Part shown: positions 1 to 9,575 of the stretch, in pieces | How the letters are laid out: each line of letters begins with the position of its first letter | How positions within the stretch are numbered: the stretch's first letter is position 1 | Source of the DNA: a virus | DNA length: 64,000 bases | Strand: one strand, 5' to 3' | IMG/VR virus record: IMGVR_UViG_3300047095_000666 | Location: 33,886-97,885 of that record | Notes under the pieces: generated by a model | Seen by the model: the letters and a program-made list of their open reading frames with translations, nothing else | Told to the model about the DNA's origin: nothing | The model's database searches: none | Program-made: the position numbers and the translations under genes

Positions 1-769
1 CATCCTTGTCGATGCCGCTGATCGTGATGGGCTTGACGATCTGCTTCTTCGGGTCTACGAACTCCTTGATGAACTCCTCGGTGCCGTGCTCGAACTTCCA
101 GCGGTGGAGCTCGGACGATGCCGCCAGCGACTCCTTGTAGGTGATCTCCAGACCGTTGTTGAGGTAGGCGGTCTCGCGGAGGAGCTTGATCACCTCGTCG
201 TTGGCGACGTAGGACTCGAACAGCGTCTCATCCAGAGCGAAGTTCACGCTGGTCCCGGACTTGTAACCCTTGACCGGCTTGGCGTTGTTGTCCACCTTGA
301 CAGTCTTCTTCAGGCCCTCGTTGAACTCGATGCGGCCCTCGGACTTATCACGTCGGGAGGTGACGATGAACTTGCTGGAGACGGCATTCACGCAGGACGC
401 ACCAACGCCATTCAGGCCGGTGGTGTACTCGGTCTTGTTCGCGTCGAAGTTGCGACCAGAGTGTAGCTCACCGAAGATCACCTCAAGAGCGTTCTTGCCA
501 GATTCGTGGCGCTGAAAGGGAACACCGCGACCGTTGTCGGCGACGATGAACTCGTTTTCAGACACCCGAACTACGTTGATCATAGTGCAGTAACCGCGAA
601 GGAACTCGTCCACAGAATTGTTGACGATCTCGCGGAGGCAGGTCAGGGAGCCGTACTCATCCAGATTCGACAAGTAAATTTGAGGCCGTTTCCGGACGCA
701 CTCTGGAAACGGTAATTGTTTAATCGAGTCTGCATCATACGTCTCGTTCTTTTTGACTTTCGCGTTCAT
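1..769 (-). CDS. gyrB: Type II topoisomerase ATPase subunit (GyrB/ParE-like), N-terminal part; runs off the window edge
   Basis: Not in the ORF track. Manual translation from ATG 769: MNAKVKKNETYDADSIKQLPFPECVRKRPQIY...LREIVNNSVDE...DNGRGVP...LHSGRNFD...GLNGVGASCVNAVS, i.e. the GHKL motifs of GyrB. Confidence 0.93.
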   Translation of the reverse strand, partial: MNAKVKKNETYDADSIKQLPFPECVRKRPQIYLSNLDEYGSLTCLREIVNNSVDEFLRGYCTMINVVRVSENEFIVADNGRGVPFQRHESGKNALEVIFGELHSGRNFDANKTEYTTGLNGVGASCVNAVSSKFIVTSRRDKSEGRIEFNEGLKKTVKVDNNAKPVKGYKSGTSVNFALDETLFESYVANDEVIKLLRETAYLNNGLEITYKESLAASSELHRWKFEHGTEEFIKEFVDPKKQIVKPITISGIDKD

Positions 770-1719
770 TTTCTTCCTTTCACAAATTGGTCGATTACTT
801 CTCGGATCCTTGTCATGTGATCCTCAGTGTAGTCTATCCGGATTAACGTTATGCCGTTTTCTTGGCAAAACGCGTTCTTGATGGAATCTCTTTTAAGCTG
901 GTCTTGCTGAGACTCTCTCCAGACAGAATTATTGGAAGCAAATTTCATTGGATCATGTTGACTCCCGTCATACTCAACTAAAATGAATTCATTGCCACCG
1001 GTATGTATTCCGAAATCGAATGCTAATGGTTTTTTATTTCTACATTCATCAAATTTCACTTCTTCTTCAAAGTGTATTCCTTCCTTCAATAGAAAGTCTT
1101 TAATTTGAAGATGAGCTTTGGAGTGTTTTCGCAAAGAATTGCATTTAGGACAACGATCACCACATATGAATCGCATTGGTTTTACGTTGTACTCATGACT
1201 TTTACAGGTCTCACTGTTATGACGGATCAGTATTGGAGTAGCGTTGTTGACGTACTCACCAAGTACTTCGTACTCTCCGCCAGTCATGTTGCTGACTTCT
1301 TTAGCAAACACAAAGGTTGTTTTCTTTTGCCTCTTTGAGCAGATGGGACAAGTTCTTCCTGCGAGTATCTTTACCGGAGCAACTAGGTATGTGTGGCTGG
1401 AACCGTTTTCGTCCGTGTGTTCGACTTCAACTTTTTCTTTGTTATTCACATACCTTCCTATTACCCTGTAAGACTCTCCATGTAGATCTGAAACTTGCTG
1501 TACGAAATCCGAGTGTGTCTTCTTTGGAGTGCCAAAGCATTTAGGACAACGGTCTCCTCTCAGAAATCGTTTAAACGATGTACTAAAGACGTTTCCGCAC
1601 ACCGGATGAAACACTGAAAGTGTATCCACCGCACGGATATACTCTGAGCTTTTCAACTCATAGCCTTCCTGTGCTATGTAAATTCGCACTTCATCTAAAG
1701 TGTGCGGTTTCTTCCCCAT
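766..1719 (-). mobile_element. Free-standing putative homing endonuclease (repeated CxxC modules plus C-terminal Vsr/PD-(D/E)XK-like nuclease)
   Basis: Three repeats ending RCPKC/TCPIC/RCPKC; C-terminus FDFGI...LVEYDGSQH...RDSIKNAFCQENGITLIRI; visibly more AT-rich than neighbours; ATGA overlap with gyrB. Confidence 0.75.
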
Positions 1720-1728
1720 TTCTTCCTT

Positions 1729-2055
1729 TCACTTGCAAAGCAATTTCTTGCGGTGGTCGTCGATGTCTCGGGAGAACCACTTGACGATCGACAGCATTTC
1801 CTTGAACGTGTTCTCCGACACCTCCTTGAAGGAGCTGCACTGCACCGATGGACTAGACCCATCACAGTAGAACACGTCATCCTCTTGGACGGTCCTGTGA
1901 CCGTACCACTTAGATAATATATCGTCGATCACCGTTTGGAGGAATTCCTCCGCCTCCTCCGTCTCGCAGGAGATCCGGACGATGATCGTGACGTTGCTGC
2001 TCGACTCGCCGTGACCTTCGATGAGGGAGACGGCGTAGTGCTTGCGGATCTTCAT
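1729..2055 (-). CDS. Hypothetical protein, paralog of 2052-2378
   Basis: 108 aa; shares AV..E.HG, CE..EAE.FL..ID...S.WYG with its neighbour. Confidence 0.75.
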   Translation of the reverse strand: MKIRKHYAVSLIEGHGESSSNVTIIVRISCETEEAEEFLQTVIDDILSKWYGHRTVQEDDVFYCDGSSPSVQCSSFKEVSENTFKEMLSIVKWFSRDIDDHRKKLLCK

Positions 2056-2378
2056 TCCATTAGCCTCGCTTTCCTCACCTCGTCGATGTCGTATATCTCA
2101 GTGTACATGAAACCCTTGAGGTCGTCGAACGTACTCTCCAGAATCTCCTTCTTGTTTTTCAGGTACACGAAGTAGGAGTCGTCGGACTTGCAGAACGAGT
2201 CTCCGTCCCGGTAGGTGCCGTCGCCGTACCAGTCTGACATGGTTCCATCGATCATCTCGTCGAGGAACTGTTCGGCCTCGAAGTCCTCGCAGGTCAGGTG
2301 GAAGAGCCGGAAGAGGCTCTCCTCGATGTCTCCGTGCGCCTCGGTGAACTTCACCGCGAAGTAGCGATCACGTTTCAT
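2052..2378 (-). CDS. Hypothetical protein, paralog of 1729-2055
   Basis: Start set at MKRDRY (2378) by alignment to the paralog; 4-nt overlap with the next gene. Confidence 0.75.
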   Translation of the reverse strand: MKRDRYFAVKFTEAHGDIEESLFRLFHLTCEDFEAEQFLDEMIDGTMSDWYGDGTYRDGDSFCKSDDSYFVYLKNKKEILESTFDDLKGFMYTEIYDIDEVRKARLME

Positions 2379-2787
2379 TTGGGTGCTCCCAGAGAGGGAC
2401 AAAGAGCTTCTTACCTTCCAGCGGAGTTATCGCGTTCAGCATCTTGAACGTGAACTCGGCGTAGAAGAATGGGTGGAAGTGGCCAAGACGCAGCATGACA
2501 TCTGGGTCCGTACATCGCCCGACTTGGATGCTGGCGTCCAAGACGAGACGCTTGTTCTTCAGCGTGATCAGCTCGGTGCTGATCTTGTGGAGCATAGAAG
2601 CCGTCTCCATCTTGCTGGTCGTCAGCCCGTTCATCTGCTCGAATATGATCTTCCCGATCAGCTTGGCATAGATGAAGTCGATGTCCTCCTCGTGGACACG
2701 GTTTTTGTTGACGCGTATGATTTTGACGTAGTTCTCCAACACGGCTGTCAAGTCGCACAGCGGTGGACTGAAGTTAGGTCTCTCCAT
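2368..2787 (-). CDS. Hypothetical protein
   Basis: Start set at MERPNF after AAAGGAAA RBS; the longer track ORF runs through the AT-rich promoter region. Confidence 0.65.
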   Translation of the reverse strand: MERPNFSPPLCDLTAVLENYVKIIRVNKNRVHEEDIDFIYAKLIGKIIFEQMNGLTTSKMETASMLHKISTELITLKNKRLVLDASIQVGRCTDPDVMLRLGHFHPFFYAEFTFKMLNAITPLEGKKLFVPLWEHPNET

Positions 2788-2862
2788 TTCGTTTCCTTTC
2801 GTGAACTTTCTTACTGCTGTTGAGTTAGCCCCCTCGCGCGAATAATACTTATATTCTTTTAT

Positions 2863-2871
2863 ATTATATAT
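2863..2871 (-). promoter_or_regulatory. Early-type promoter motif ATATATAAT
   Basis: RTATATNAT family member upstream of the operon leading to gyrB. Confidence 0.55.
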
Positions 2872-2895
2872 AAGGGAACTTCGTTTCACCCTTAC

Positions 2896-2931
2896 AAAAA
2901 AAGTGAGGGATCATGTAGAACGATCCCTCAC
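2896..2931 (-). terminator. Intrinsic terminator
   Basis: Stem GTGAGGGATC/GATCCCTCAC with an A7 tract on the left (U-tract on the minus strand). Confidence 0.7.
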
Positions 2932-2936
2932 GCGAA

Positions 2937-3344
2937 TCACAAGGACTCGCAGTACTTCGGAAGAGCGATGCCGTAAAGATCTTCAGCCATCGTGATGATG
3001 AGGTTGAGCTTCAACCAACTCACTCTGCCTCCCTGGATGAGCTTGTCATCCTTGATCACAGACTCCATGAAAGCAGTCATACCGTGAAGTTCCTCCAGAG
3101 CCTTGTACGCCTGATCCGGGTCTCGACAGGTCTTCTCCTCCATCTCTCGCTCGATCATGGAGTAGAAGTTGTCTAGGACGTCGTACTGGCTCTCAAGCTC
3201 GGAAAGAACCATGTCGAGGTTCTTTCGGTTGTTCCCAACCATCAAGTCGAGACTACCGAAGCCCATCTTGCCGACGATCCCTCTCTGGCTCTTCAGCGCA
3301 TCCACGTACTTTTGGATGTCCTGATCTAGCTTCTGGAGATGCAT
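2937..3344 (-). CDS. Hypothetical protein (135 aa)
   Basis: Likely start MHLQKLDQD at a TGATG overlap with the vWA gene; the upstream part of the track ORF is off-frame overlap. Confidence 0.7.
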   Translation of the reverse strand: MHLQKLDQDIQKYVDALKSQRGIVGKMGFGSLDLMVGNNRKNLDMVLSELESQYDVLDNFYSMIEREMEEKTCRDPDQAYKALEELHGMTAFMESVIKDDKLIQGGRVSWLKLNLIITMAEDLYGIALPKYCESL

Positions 3345-4600
3345 CACTTGTCCTCCGGGATGTAAACCACCACGTCTCCAAACGGGAACTTCTCCGGGTC
3401 GAGACAACCCTTCGGAGTCACCCAGATCACGTCGAAGTCCGGAGGCACTTCGGGGAATGCTCCCCATCCATCCGTGCAGTACACCATCACCTTGACGTCC
3501 GGCTTGTTCTCCTGTACCCACCGGATTGCCGGGATGAACGAGGTGCCTCCGCCTCCGGTACCCTTCGGGATGTTGTCTTGGAAGGACTCGCCAAAGGAGT
3601 AGTTGTACACGGCATCCACGTTGCAGTCGGCCTCGATCAGGGTGAGGTCGTAGCTGTCGAAAGCCTCGAAGATGTGTTGCAGTTCTCCGTAGATTTCCGG
3701 GAGGTAGCTGAGCATGGACCCGGAGGTGTCCACCGCTAGGGCGACGTCGATGTGCTCTCCTTGAACCGACGGCATGACCATGTTCAGGTGGAAGAACCGC
3801 TTGTTCGGCGGGTTCAGCTGGTACACCGACTTGTACATGTTCATGACGTAGTTGTTGAGCGTCTCGCGCCAATCGACTTTTTCCTCGGTGCTGATCAGCG
3901 ATTCGAGACACTTTACCGCGCCGGAGATGTCGCCGCGCTGCTTCGCAGAGATGATCTCTTTTTCAAGTCGGTTCTTCCACTGACCTTCAAGGTTCTTGGC
4001 TTCGGCATCTCCGACCATCGTCTTCAGCAGTTCGCCGGGGATGTGGTCATCGACGAGAGTCTTGCCTCCGGGGATCATCGGCATGGAGCCAGCGCCGCTG
4101 CCTCCGGGGATTGGAACCTGTTGCCAGTTCTTGCTCTCTTGGGCCAGCTCGGAGTATACGACCTCGACCGTCTTGCCGAAGTACTTGGCGTCGTACAGGG
4201 CCTGTTTCGGCATCCGCATGAAGCACTTCTTGCTAGCTTTCGCCGCCTCGTCGATCACCGCTTGGATCAGGTAGTTCACCACGTAGTCGCAGGCGACATT
4301 CCACAGGGTGATCCGGTTGCCCATAGAATCGACGACGATGATGTTGCGGCCACCCTGACGGTACGGGTTAGCGTGGCCGAGAGCTGCATGGAGCACCTCG
4401 TGAGCGACGATGAAGGTCAGCTCTTCCTCTGGGAGAGTCTTGACGAACTCGTCGTTGTAGTACATTTTCTTGGCGTCAGTCGCCATCGTCGGAATCGTCT
4501 TGGACTCGACTCGCTGGAGGGAGCAAGCGAGGTTGCCGAACATCCGGTAGCTGAACAGCATCCGGAAGATCGACTTCTTGATCATTTCATCTGATTTCAT
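3344..4600 (-). CDS. DUF2201-type putative metallopeptidase plus vWA domain protein
   Basis: TMATD, AHEVLH (HExxH), WNVACDYVVN; C-terminal MIDAS VDTSGSM, GGGGTSF, YCTDG. Confidence 0.88.
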   Translation of the reverse strand: MKSDEMIKKSIFRMLFSYRMFGNLACSLQRVESKTIPTMATDAKKMYYNDEFVKTLPEEELTFIVAHEVLHAALGHANPYRQGGRNIIVVDSMGNRITLWNVACDYVVNYLIQAVIDEAAKASKKCFMRMPKQALYDAKYFGKTVEVVYSELAQESKNWQQVPIPGGSGAGSMPMIPGGKTLVDDHIPGELLKTMVGDAEAKNLEGQWKNRLEKEIISAKQRGDISGAVKCLESLISTEEKVDWRETLNNYVMNMYKSVYQLNPPNKRFFHLNMVMPSVQGEHIDVALAVDTSGSMLSYLPEIYGELQHIFEAFDSYDLTLIEADCNVDAVYNYSFGESFQDNIPKGTGGGGTSFIPAIRWVQENKPDVKVMVYCTDGWGAFPEVPPDFDVIWVTPKGCLDPEKFPFGDVVVYIPEDK

Positions 4601-5931
4601 AGCTTACTCCTCAATAGGTAGTGGTGGGTGTTGAGCAGCCTGAGAACGGCATCGCCGTGTACTGCGTCGAATTTCGTGGAGTATGACCTGATTGCGAATT
4701 GGAACCTTGCAGCAATGCACTCGTCCAGTTTCCGCACCAGTCTGTCTCTCTCGGTCCAGTCTCCGGCGAGCGCCTTTTTGACTATCTCCTCCAACTTTTC
4801 CTTCATCGAGCTGGTCGCGTTGTACGAAGGAGACTCAGTGGAGCAGACGTCTAGGACGTACTGAATCGGGTCTGAGCTGATCTCGGCGATCAGCAGCTGG
4901 AGCATCTCTCTCACCGAGGAAAGACAAGTATTGTGCGAGACCTTCGGTCCGATAGCCATGATCTGCTCCTTGGCGTATGAGTCCAGCTCCGCCTTCTTGG
5001 AGAGGTACTTTAGCGCACTCGTGAGCATCTTGGTCGTGCCAGATTCGTCTCCGCTGAAGGAGTACGGAGTCGCGCTCCCCCACCAGATCGTGTTCTGGAG
5101 GATCTTCTGGATGATTCGGGCGACTGTCGACGTCATGTGCCGAATGTGACTCGGGTCGTTTCCAAGGACGCTTATCGAGTGAGTAAGGATCTTGTTTGCC
5201 ACCTGACGGAGCGTGATGTCTCTGACATCGATGTCATTCGGGTTCTGACCGAAGTACTTGCCATCGATGTATGATAGAGTCCACTCCGCAATCCTCTCGA
5301 TAGTGCCTGCCCTCTGGATGTTGCCGAGCGCAATCCCGAAGAAGAAAGAGTACGACGGGTCATGACGCTGGAAGGTCTTGACAGCTTTCACCTTGCTGCG
5401 CTTACGCTGTTTGGTGAAGTACGAGTGGTACTCAAAGGAGCAACCGATAGAATCCTCCGTGGAGTACTCCGAGCAGAGTTTTAGAAGATGAATTCGAGTC
5501 TCGTCTTCTATGTCGAACCGGATCCTCTGGATGAAGTTCCTGTTGTCGATGTCGCTTGTCTCGTGCCACAGCACCGTACTCATGGTGCTCTCGTAGAACT
5601 CGGACAGCATCCCCGGAGCGGTGATGTACTTGACGCTGTACTTGCTCTTGTCGAGATCCCCGACGTCGACATTGCCGACGCGTAGGAGCAGGTTGCTTAC
5701 CAGCAGGTTCTCCTTGTAAAAGTTGAGATCGACCGGCTTGCTGGCTGAGTTCTTGATCGGGTTCTGGAGGAATCCGATCTTGTTGATCGAGCGCAGCACG
5801 TTGTTCACGGTCAGCCTCTCTCCGTGCATGCGCTTGAGCAGCGTATAGATCTTGTTGAAATCGTTGCTGAGAGTGAAGTCCAGATCCTGGAGCATAGAAA
5901 TTCTCGCAACGTCTTCGATGATTCCTTCCAT
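4597..5931 (-). CDS. Hypothetical protein (444 aa)
   Basis: Long ORF with ATGA overlap to the vWA gene; no motif recognised. Confidence 0.75.
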   Translation of the reverse strand: MEGIIEDVARISMLQDLDFTLSNDFNKIYTLLKRMHGERLTVNNVLRSINKIGFLQNPIKNSASKPVDLNFYKENLLVSNLLLRVGNVDVGDLDKSKYSVKYITAPGMLSEFYESTMSTVLWHETSDIDNRNFIQRIRFDIEDETRIHLLKLCSEYSTEDSIGCSFEYHSYFTKQRKRSKVKAVKTFQRHDPSYSFFFGIALGNIQRAGTIERIAEWTLSYIDGKYFGQNPNDIDVRDITLRQVANKILTHSISVLGNDPSHIRHMTSTVARIIQKILQNTIWWGSATPYSFSGDESGTTKMLTSALKYLSKKAELDSYAKEQIMAIGPKVSHNTCLSSVREMLQLLIAEISSDPIQYVLDVCSTESPSYNATSSMKEKLEEIVKKALAGDWTERDRLVRKLDECIAARFQFAIRSYSTKFDAVHGDAVLRLLNTHHYLLRSKL

Positions 5932-5987
5932 TTTTCATCCTTCAAAAAAAGTCGAGAACGCCGCTAGGACGCTCTCGGTTCGTTACA

Positions 5988-7076
5988 TCAGCTTGCCAGA
6001 GGGATCAGGTGCTTGACGCGGTCGTAGAAGACCTCGAAACGCTTCTTCACCTTCTCGGACTTGCTGCCGATGATGGGCAGCTTGTTGCCGGTGAACTCCT
6101 TGAACGCGGCGACGCGCAGCTCGTCTTGCGGGATCTTCTCCAGATAGCGGTACACTGCGAGGAGCATGTCCTCGGTCGGCGGCTTCTTGAGACTCTGGAA
6201 GTGATACACCAGAGCTGTGTTGATGCCGTAGATGGCCGAAGTGTCTTCCGGCAGGTCGTAGTTCTTGTTCATGTCGAGGACGGTGGCGGTGTCCACGACA
6301 CCGTTCAGCAGCTCCATGTAAGCCCAGAAGTCCAGACCGGCACCCTCGCCTACGGTGCCGAAGATCGTCTCGCGCTTCTCTGCGTCGGGCAGGTTGAAGT
6401 CGAGGATCTTAGACACGTACTCCCAGGTCCGGGGGCTCGGGAAAGCCTTGGACTTGGAAGCGGGGTCGAACTTGTGCAGCAGGTCTTCGCGGAAGCCGAG
6501 GAAGCCGAGGATGGATTTGTCCATCTTGTTCTCGTAAGCCCACGGCTTCCACTTCTCGAAGGAGACCTCCAGTTCAAGGTGGATCATCCGGTTGGCGAGC
6601 GGAGCCGCCATCTTAAAGACAATGCCTTTGTCGTTCTCACGGTTACCAGCACCGATGATCGAAGCACCTTCCGGGAGGACGTAGTCGCCGATGCGGCGGT
6701 CGAGGATGAGCTGGTAAGCAGCAGCTTGGATCAGCGGAGGAGCAGAGGACAGCTCGTCGAGCATGATCACGCCCATCCAGTCCGGATCGGTCGGCAGCAT
6801 CGCCGGGGTCAGCCAGACCGCTTGTTGGGTCTTCGGATTCGGGTACAGGATGCCGCGCAGGTCGCTCGGCTCCAGCTGGGACAGTCGGATGTCGATGTGC
6901 TCGAACTTCTGACCTTCGTAGTCTTCGCCCAGCTCCTTCTTGATATCTTCTGTCATCTCGTCGGCGATCTGACGCACGATCGAGCTCTTGCCAGCGCCAG
7001 CCGGACCCCACACCATCACGGGAAGCTTGTTCAGGATGATCTCTTTCAGGGTCGTCTTGAGGCTATCAACAAACAT
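5988..7076 (-). CDS. MoxR-like AAA+ ATPase
   Basis: Walker A GPAGAGKS, DIRLSQLEPSDLRG, Walker B MLDEL, GAGNR, PLANR, PSPRTW. Confidence 0.9.
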   Translation of the reverse strand: MFVDSLKTTLKEIILNKLPVMVWGPAGAGKSSIVRQIADEMTEDIKKELGEDYEGQKFEHIDIRLSQLEPSDLRGILYPNPKTQQAVWLTPAMLPTDPDWMGVIMLDELSSAPPLIQAAAYQLILDRRIGDYVLPEGASIIGAGNRENDKGIVFKMAAPLANRMIHLELEVSFEKWKPWAYENKMDKSILGFLGFREDLLHKFDPASKSKAFPSPRTWEYVSKILDFNLPDAEKRETIFGTVGEGAGLDFWAYMELLNGVVDTATVLDMNKNYDLPEDTSAIYGINTALVYHFQSLKKPPTEDMLLAVYRYLEKIPQDELRVAAFKEFTGNKLPIIGSKSEKVKKRFEVFYDRVKHLIPLAS

Positions 7077-7134
7077 ATTCGTTCACCTTTCATTGTCGAG
7101 TTTACGATGACAGACGGATGTCTTCATCAATTAT

Positions 7135-7143
7135 ATCATATAT
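7135..7143 (-). promoter_or_regulatory. Early-type promoter motif ATATATGAT
   Basis: About 60 nt upstream of the AAA ATPase start. Confidence 0.6.
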
Positions 7144-7183
7144 TTGCGACCTTCGCTTTGGAATTTTTGGCCAGCCCAGCCCC

Positions 7184-7195
7184 AACAGCTAATTA
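7184..7195 (+). promoter_or_regulatory. Late-type promoter motif AACA-GCTAAT-TA
   Basis: AACW-N6-TA family; heads the tail-fibre cluster. Confidence 0.65.
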
Positions 7196-7214
7196 ATTTC
7201 TTTAGTCTTTCCGG

Positions 7215-7679
7215 ATGACGATACAAATGGGAAAGTTTTATCACACTGTATCTCAATCGTCGACGGGTAGCACAGCAACCGGGACGAACACAGCGGACCC
7301 GATCATCGAACTCAATGGCGACGTGCTCGGCTACGGCCCAGCATCAGAGGTGTTGACATCGATTGCTCCCACTGGAGTTGTACCCGGCATCTATTCTGCC
7401 GTCGAGGTAAATGAGAAAGGACAAGTCGTAAAGGGGTACACGGCGGAGGTCAACATGGGCCTTGCCATACGGAAATTCAATTTCGTCTACCCCGCTCAGA
7501 GATGGAGAGTTGTTCACAACCTGGGAACGACAGATTTCACAGAATCCATCAAAAACAGCGAAGGGCTGAAGCTTTTCGCAAACATCAGAATAGTTGATAG
7601 CAACGAATTCTGGGTCGAACTAACGGAACCGGAAGTCGGATCGGTTGTTGTGACATTCGACTTGTCGTCTGCGGCATGA
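7215..7679 (+). CDS. Putative tail-fibre-associated protein
   Basis: GDVLG...GVVPGIYSAVEVNEKGQV fibre-type segment plus a C-terminal W-x-V-x-HNLG module. Confidence 0.7.
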   Translation: MTIQMGKFYHTVSQSSTGSTATGTNTADPIIELNGDVLGYGPASEVLTSIAPTGVVPGIYSAVEVNEKGQVVKGYTAEVNMGLAIRKFNFVYPAQRWRVVHNLGTTDFTESIKNSEGLKLFANIRIVDSNEFWVELTEPEVGSVVVTFDLSSAA

Positions 7680-7722
7680 TCGCAGCTGTCAATGACGTTC
7701 CCTAACCTAAAAAGGATCCATC

Positions 7723-9531
7723 ATGGCATTTCCGAAGTTTCATGGCATTACCCTTGCCAATAACAGCTGGATCGAGAATGCTCACTTTGAGCGCCTCGCA
7801 GCTGACCCCGTGCCTGCCGCTGCTGGCCGTGTCTGGTTCAACACTACCGAGAAGAAGCTGAAGTTCTCCAGCCTCGACGCCTCCGGCGCCGTGGTTACTT
7901 ATGCCTTCACGAACACTGTTGAGCTGGCCGCTGCTCTGGCAGAAGCCAAGGCTTACTCCGACCAGATCAAGCAAGAACTGCTCGGCGGTATCCCGCCCGA
8001 GACGCTGGACACGATCACTGAGATCGCAGGTGCTCTCCAAAACAATCCCGACATCGTCAACGTCCTGAAGCAATTCTCGACGGATGCCGTTGAAGCCGCC
8101 AAGCAAGCCATCCGTGGCGAAGTTTCCGGTGCCTTCGACACTCTGGAAGAGATCGAAGTTGCGCTGAACCGCATCGATGGTGCTGACACCGTCGAAGGTT
8201 CCTTCCGCAAGGCCGTTCTGGACGAAGCGAATGCTCGCTCCTCCGGCGACCAGAACCTTCAGAACCAGATCGGCGCACCGGTCTCCCTGACCACCGACGC
8301 CAAGGGCAACCTCGTTGCCGCGATCAACGAACTCGACGCTCACGTCGATGCTGAAGTTGCTCGTGCTACCGCTGCTGAAACCGCTCTGGATGACCGTGTT
8401 ACCACGGTCGAAGGTCAAGTCAACGGCAAGATCGGCGACCTGACCACCCTGCACACCGACGAGAAGGGCACCATCGTTGGCGCTCTGAACGAAGTGCAGG
8501 ACGAGCTGGACGCTGAAGTCGCTGCCCGCACTTCCGCTGTCGCTGCCGAGAAGACTCGCGCTGAAGCTGCTGAAGCTCAGCTGACCACCGATCTGGCTGC
8601 TGAAGTTGCTCGTGCTACCGCTGCCGAGCAACAACTGACCTCCGATCTGGCCACTGAAGTCGCTGCCCGCACTTCCGCTGTCGCTGCCGAGAAGACTCGC
8701 GCTGAAGCTGCTGAAGCTCAGCTGACCACCGATCTGGCTGCTGAAGTTGCTCGTGCTACCGCTGCCGAGCAGGCCGAAGCTGCTCGTGCCCAGTCCGCTG
8801 AGCAAACCCTGACCACCAACCTCGCCGCCGAGGTTTCCCGTGCTCAGGCTGCGGAACAGACCCTCACGACCAATCTGGCCGCTGAAGTCTCCCGCGCACA
8901 AGCTGCCGAGCAGGCCGAAGCCACCCGCGCTCAGTCTGCCGAAGCTCAGCTGACCACCGATCTGGCTGCTGAAGTCTCCAACCGTATCGCCGCTGTCGCT
9001 GCCGAGAAGACCCGCGCTGAAACCGCCGAGTCCGCTCTGCAAGCTGCCATCACCGCCGAAGCCAACCGTGCTCAAGGCGTCGAAGGCTCCCTGACCGCGC
9101 TGACCACGACTGCGAAGACCTCTCTGGTCGAGGCAATCAACGAGCTGGATTCCGATCTGGCGGCTGAAGTCTCTGCTCGCACCGCTGCGGTGGCCGCTGA
9201 GAAGACTCGTGCTGAAGCTGCTGAAGCTCAGCTCACGTCCGATCTGTCTGCCGAAGCTGCTGCTCGCGCTGCTGCCGACTCCGCTCTGAAGTCCGCGATC
9301 AACGGCCAGCACTTCACCTTCACCTCGCCGACTGCTGCTCTGTCGCACGTCATCAACCACGGCCTGAACTCCGAACACCTGCTGTTCTCCGTTCTCGTGG
9401 AAGGTGCCGACGGCAAGTTCCGCAACGACATCGTGCCGGTGGAAGAGATCGACTACAACAACTTCCGTATCGATCTGGCTGAAGCTCGCCGCGTCAAGGT
9501 CTCCGTCAAGTCCATGACTGCACTGGCCTGA
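7723..9531 (+). CDS. Long coiled-coil fibre/whisker-like virion protein
   Basis: PETLDTITEIAGALQNNPD fibre motif; many AExxRAxAAE 11/18-residue repeats; C-terminal HVINHGLNSE module; strong codon bias. Confidence 0.82.
   Translation: MAFPKFHGITLANNSWIENAHFERLAADPVPAAAGRVWFNTTEKKLKFSSLDASGAVVTYAFTNTVELAAALAEAKAYSDQIKQELLGGIPPETLDTITEIAGALQNNPDIVNVLKQFSTDAVEAAKQAIRGEVSGAFDTLEEIEVALNRIDGADTVEGSFRKAVLDEANARSSGDQNLQNQIGAPVSLTTDAKGNLVAAINELDAHVDAEVARATAAETALDDRVTTVEGQVNGKIGDLTTLHTDEKGTIVGALNEVQDELDAEVAARTSAVAAEKTRAEAAEAQLTTDLAAEVARATAAEQQLTSDLATEVAARTSAVAAEKTRAEAAEAQLTTDLAAEVARATAAEQAEAARAQSAEQTLTTNLAAEVSRAQAAEQTLTTNLAAEVSRAQAAEQAEATRAQSAEAQLTTDLAAEVSNRIAAVAAEKTRAETAESALQAAITAEANRAQGVEGSLTALTTTAKTSLVEAINELDSDLAAEVSARTAAVAAEKTRAEAAEAQLTSDLSAEAAARAAADSALKSAINGQHFTFTSPTAALSHVINHGLNSEHLLFSVLVEGADGKFRNDIVPVEEIDYNNFRIDLAEARRVKVSVKSMTALA
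8513..8771 (+). repeat. Exact 118-bp direct repeat (8513-8630 and 8654-8771), period 141 nt (47 aa)
   Basis: CTGAAGTCGCTGCCCGCACTTCC...CTACCGCTGCCGAGCA occurs twice; further degenerate copies to about 9260. Confidence 0.9.
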
Positions 9532-9540
9532 TGAATGAAA

Positions 9541-9575
9541 GGAGGATGGATCGCAAAGATCCATCCTCCCTTTCT
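9541..9575 (+). terminator. Intrinsic terminator
   Basis: GGAGGATGGATC-GCAAA-GATCCATCCTCC followed by CTTTCT. Confidence 0.7.

Noticed and set aside
766-1719. Group I intron or intein interrupting gyrB
   Set aside because: gyrB begins with an intact N-terminus at 769 and the nuclease is a separate upstream ORF with almost no flanking non-coding sequence.
8340-9290. CRISPR array or non-coding tandem repeat
   Set aside because: The repeats are in-frame coding units with no unique spacers and no cas genes.
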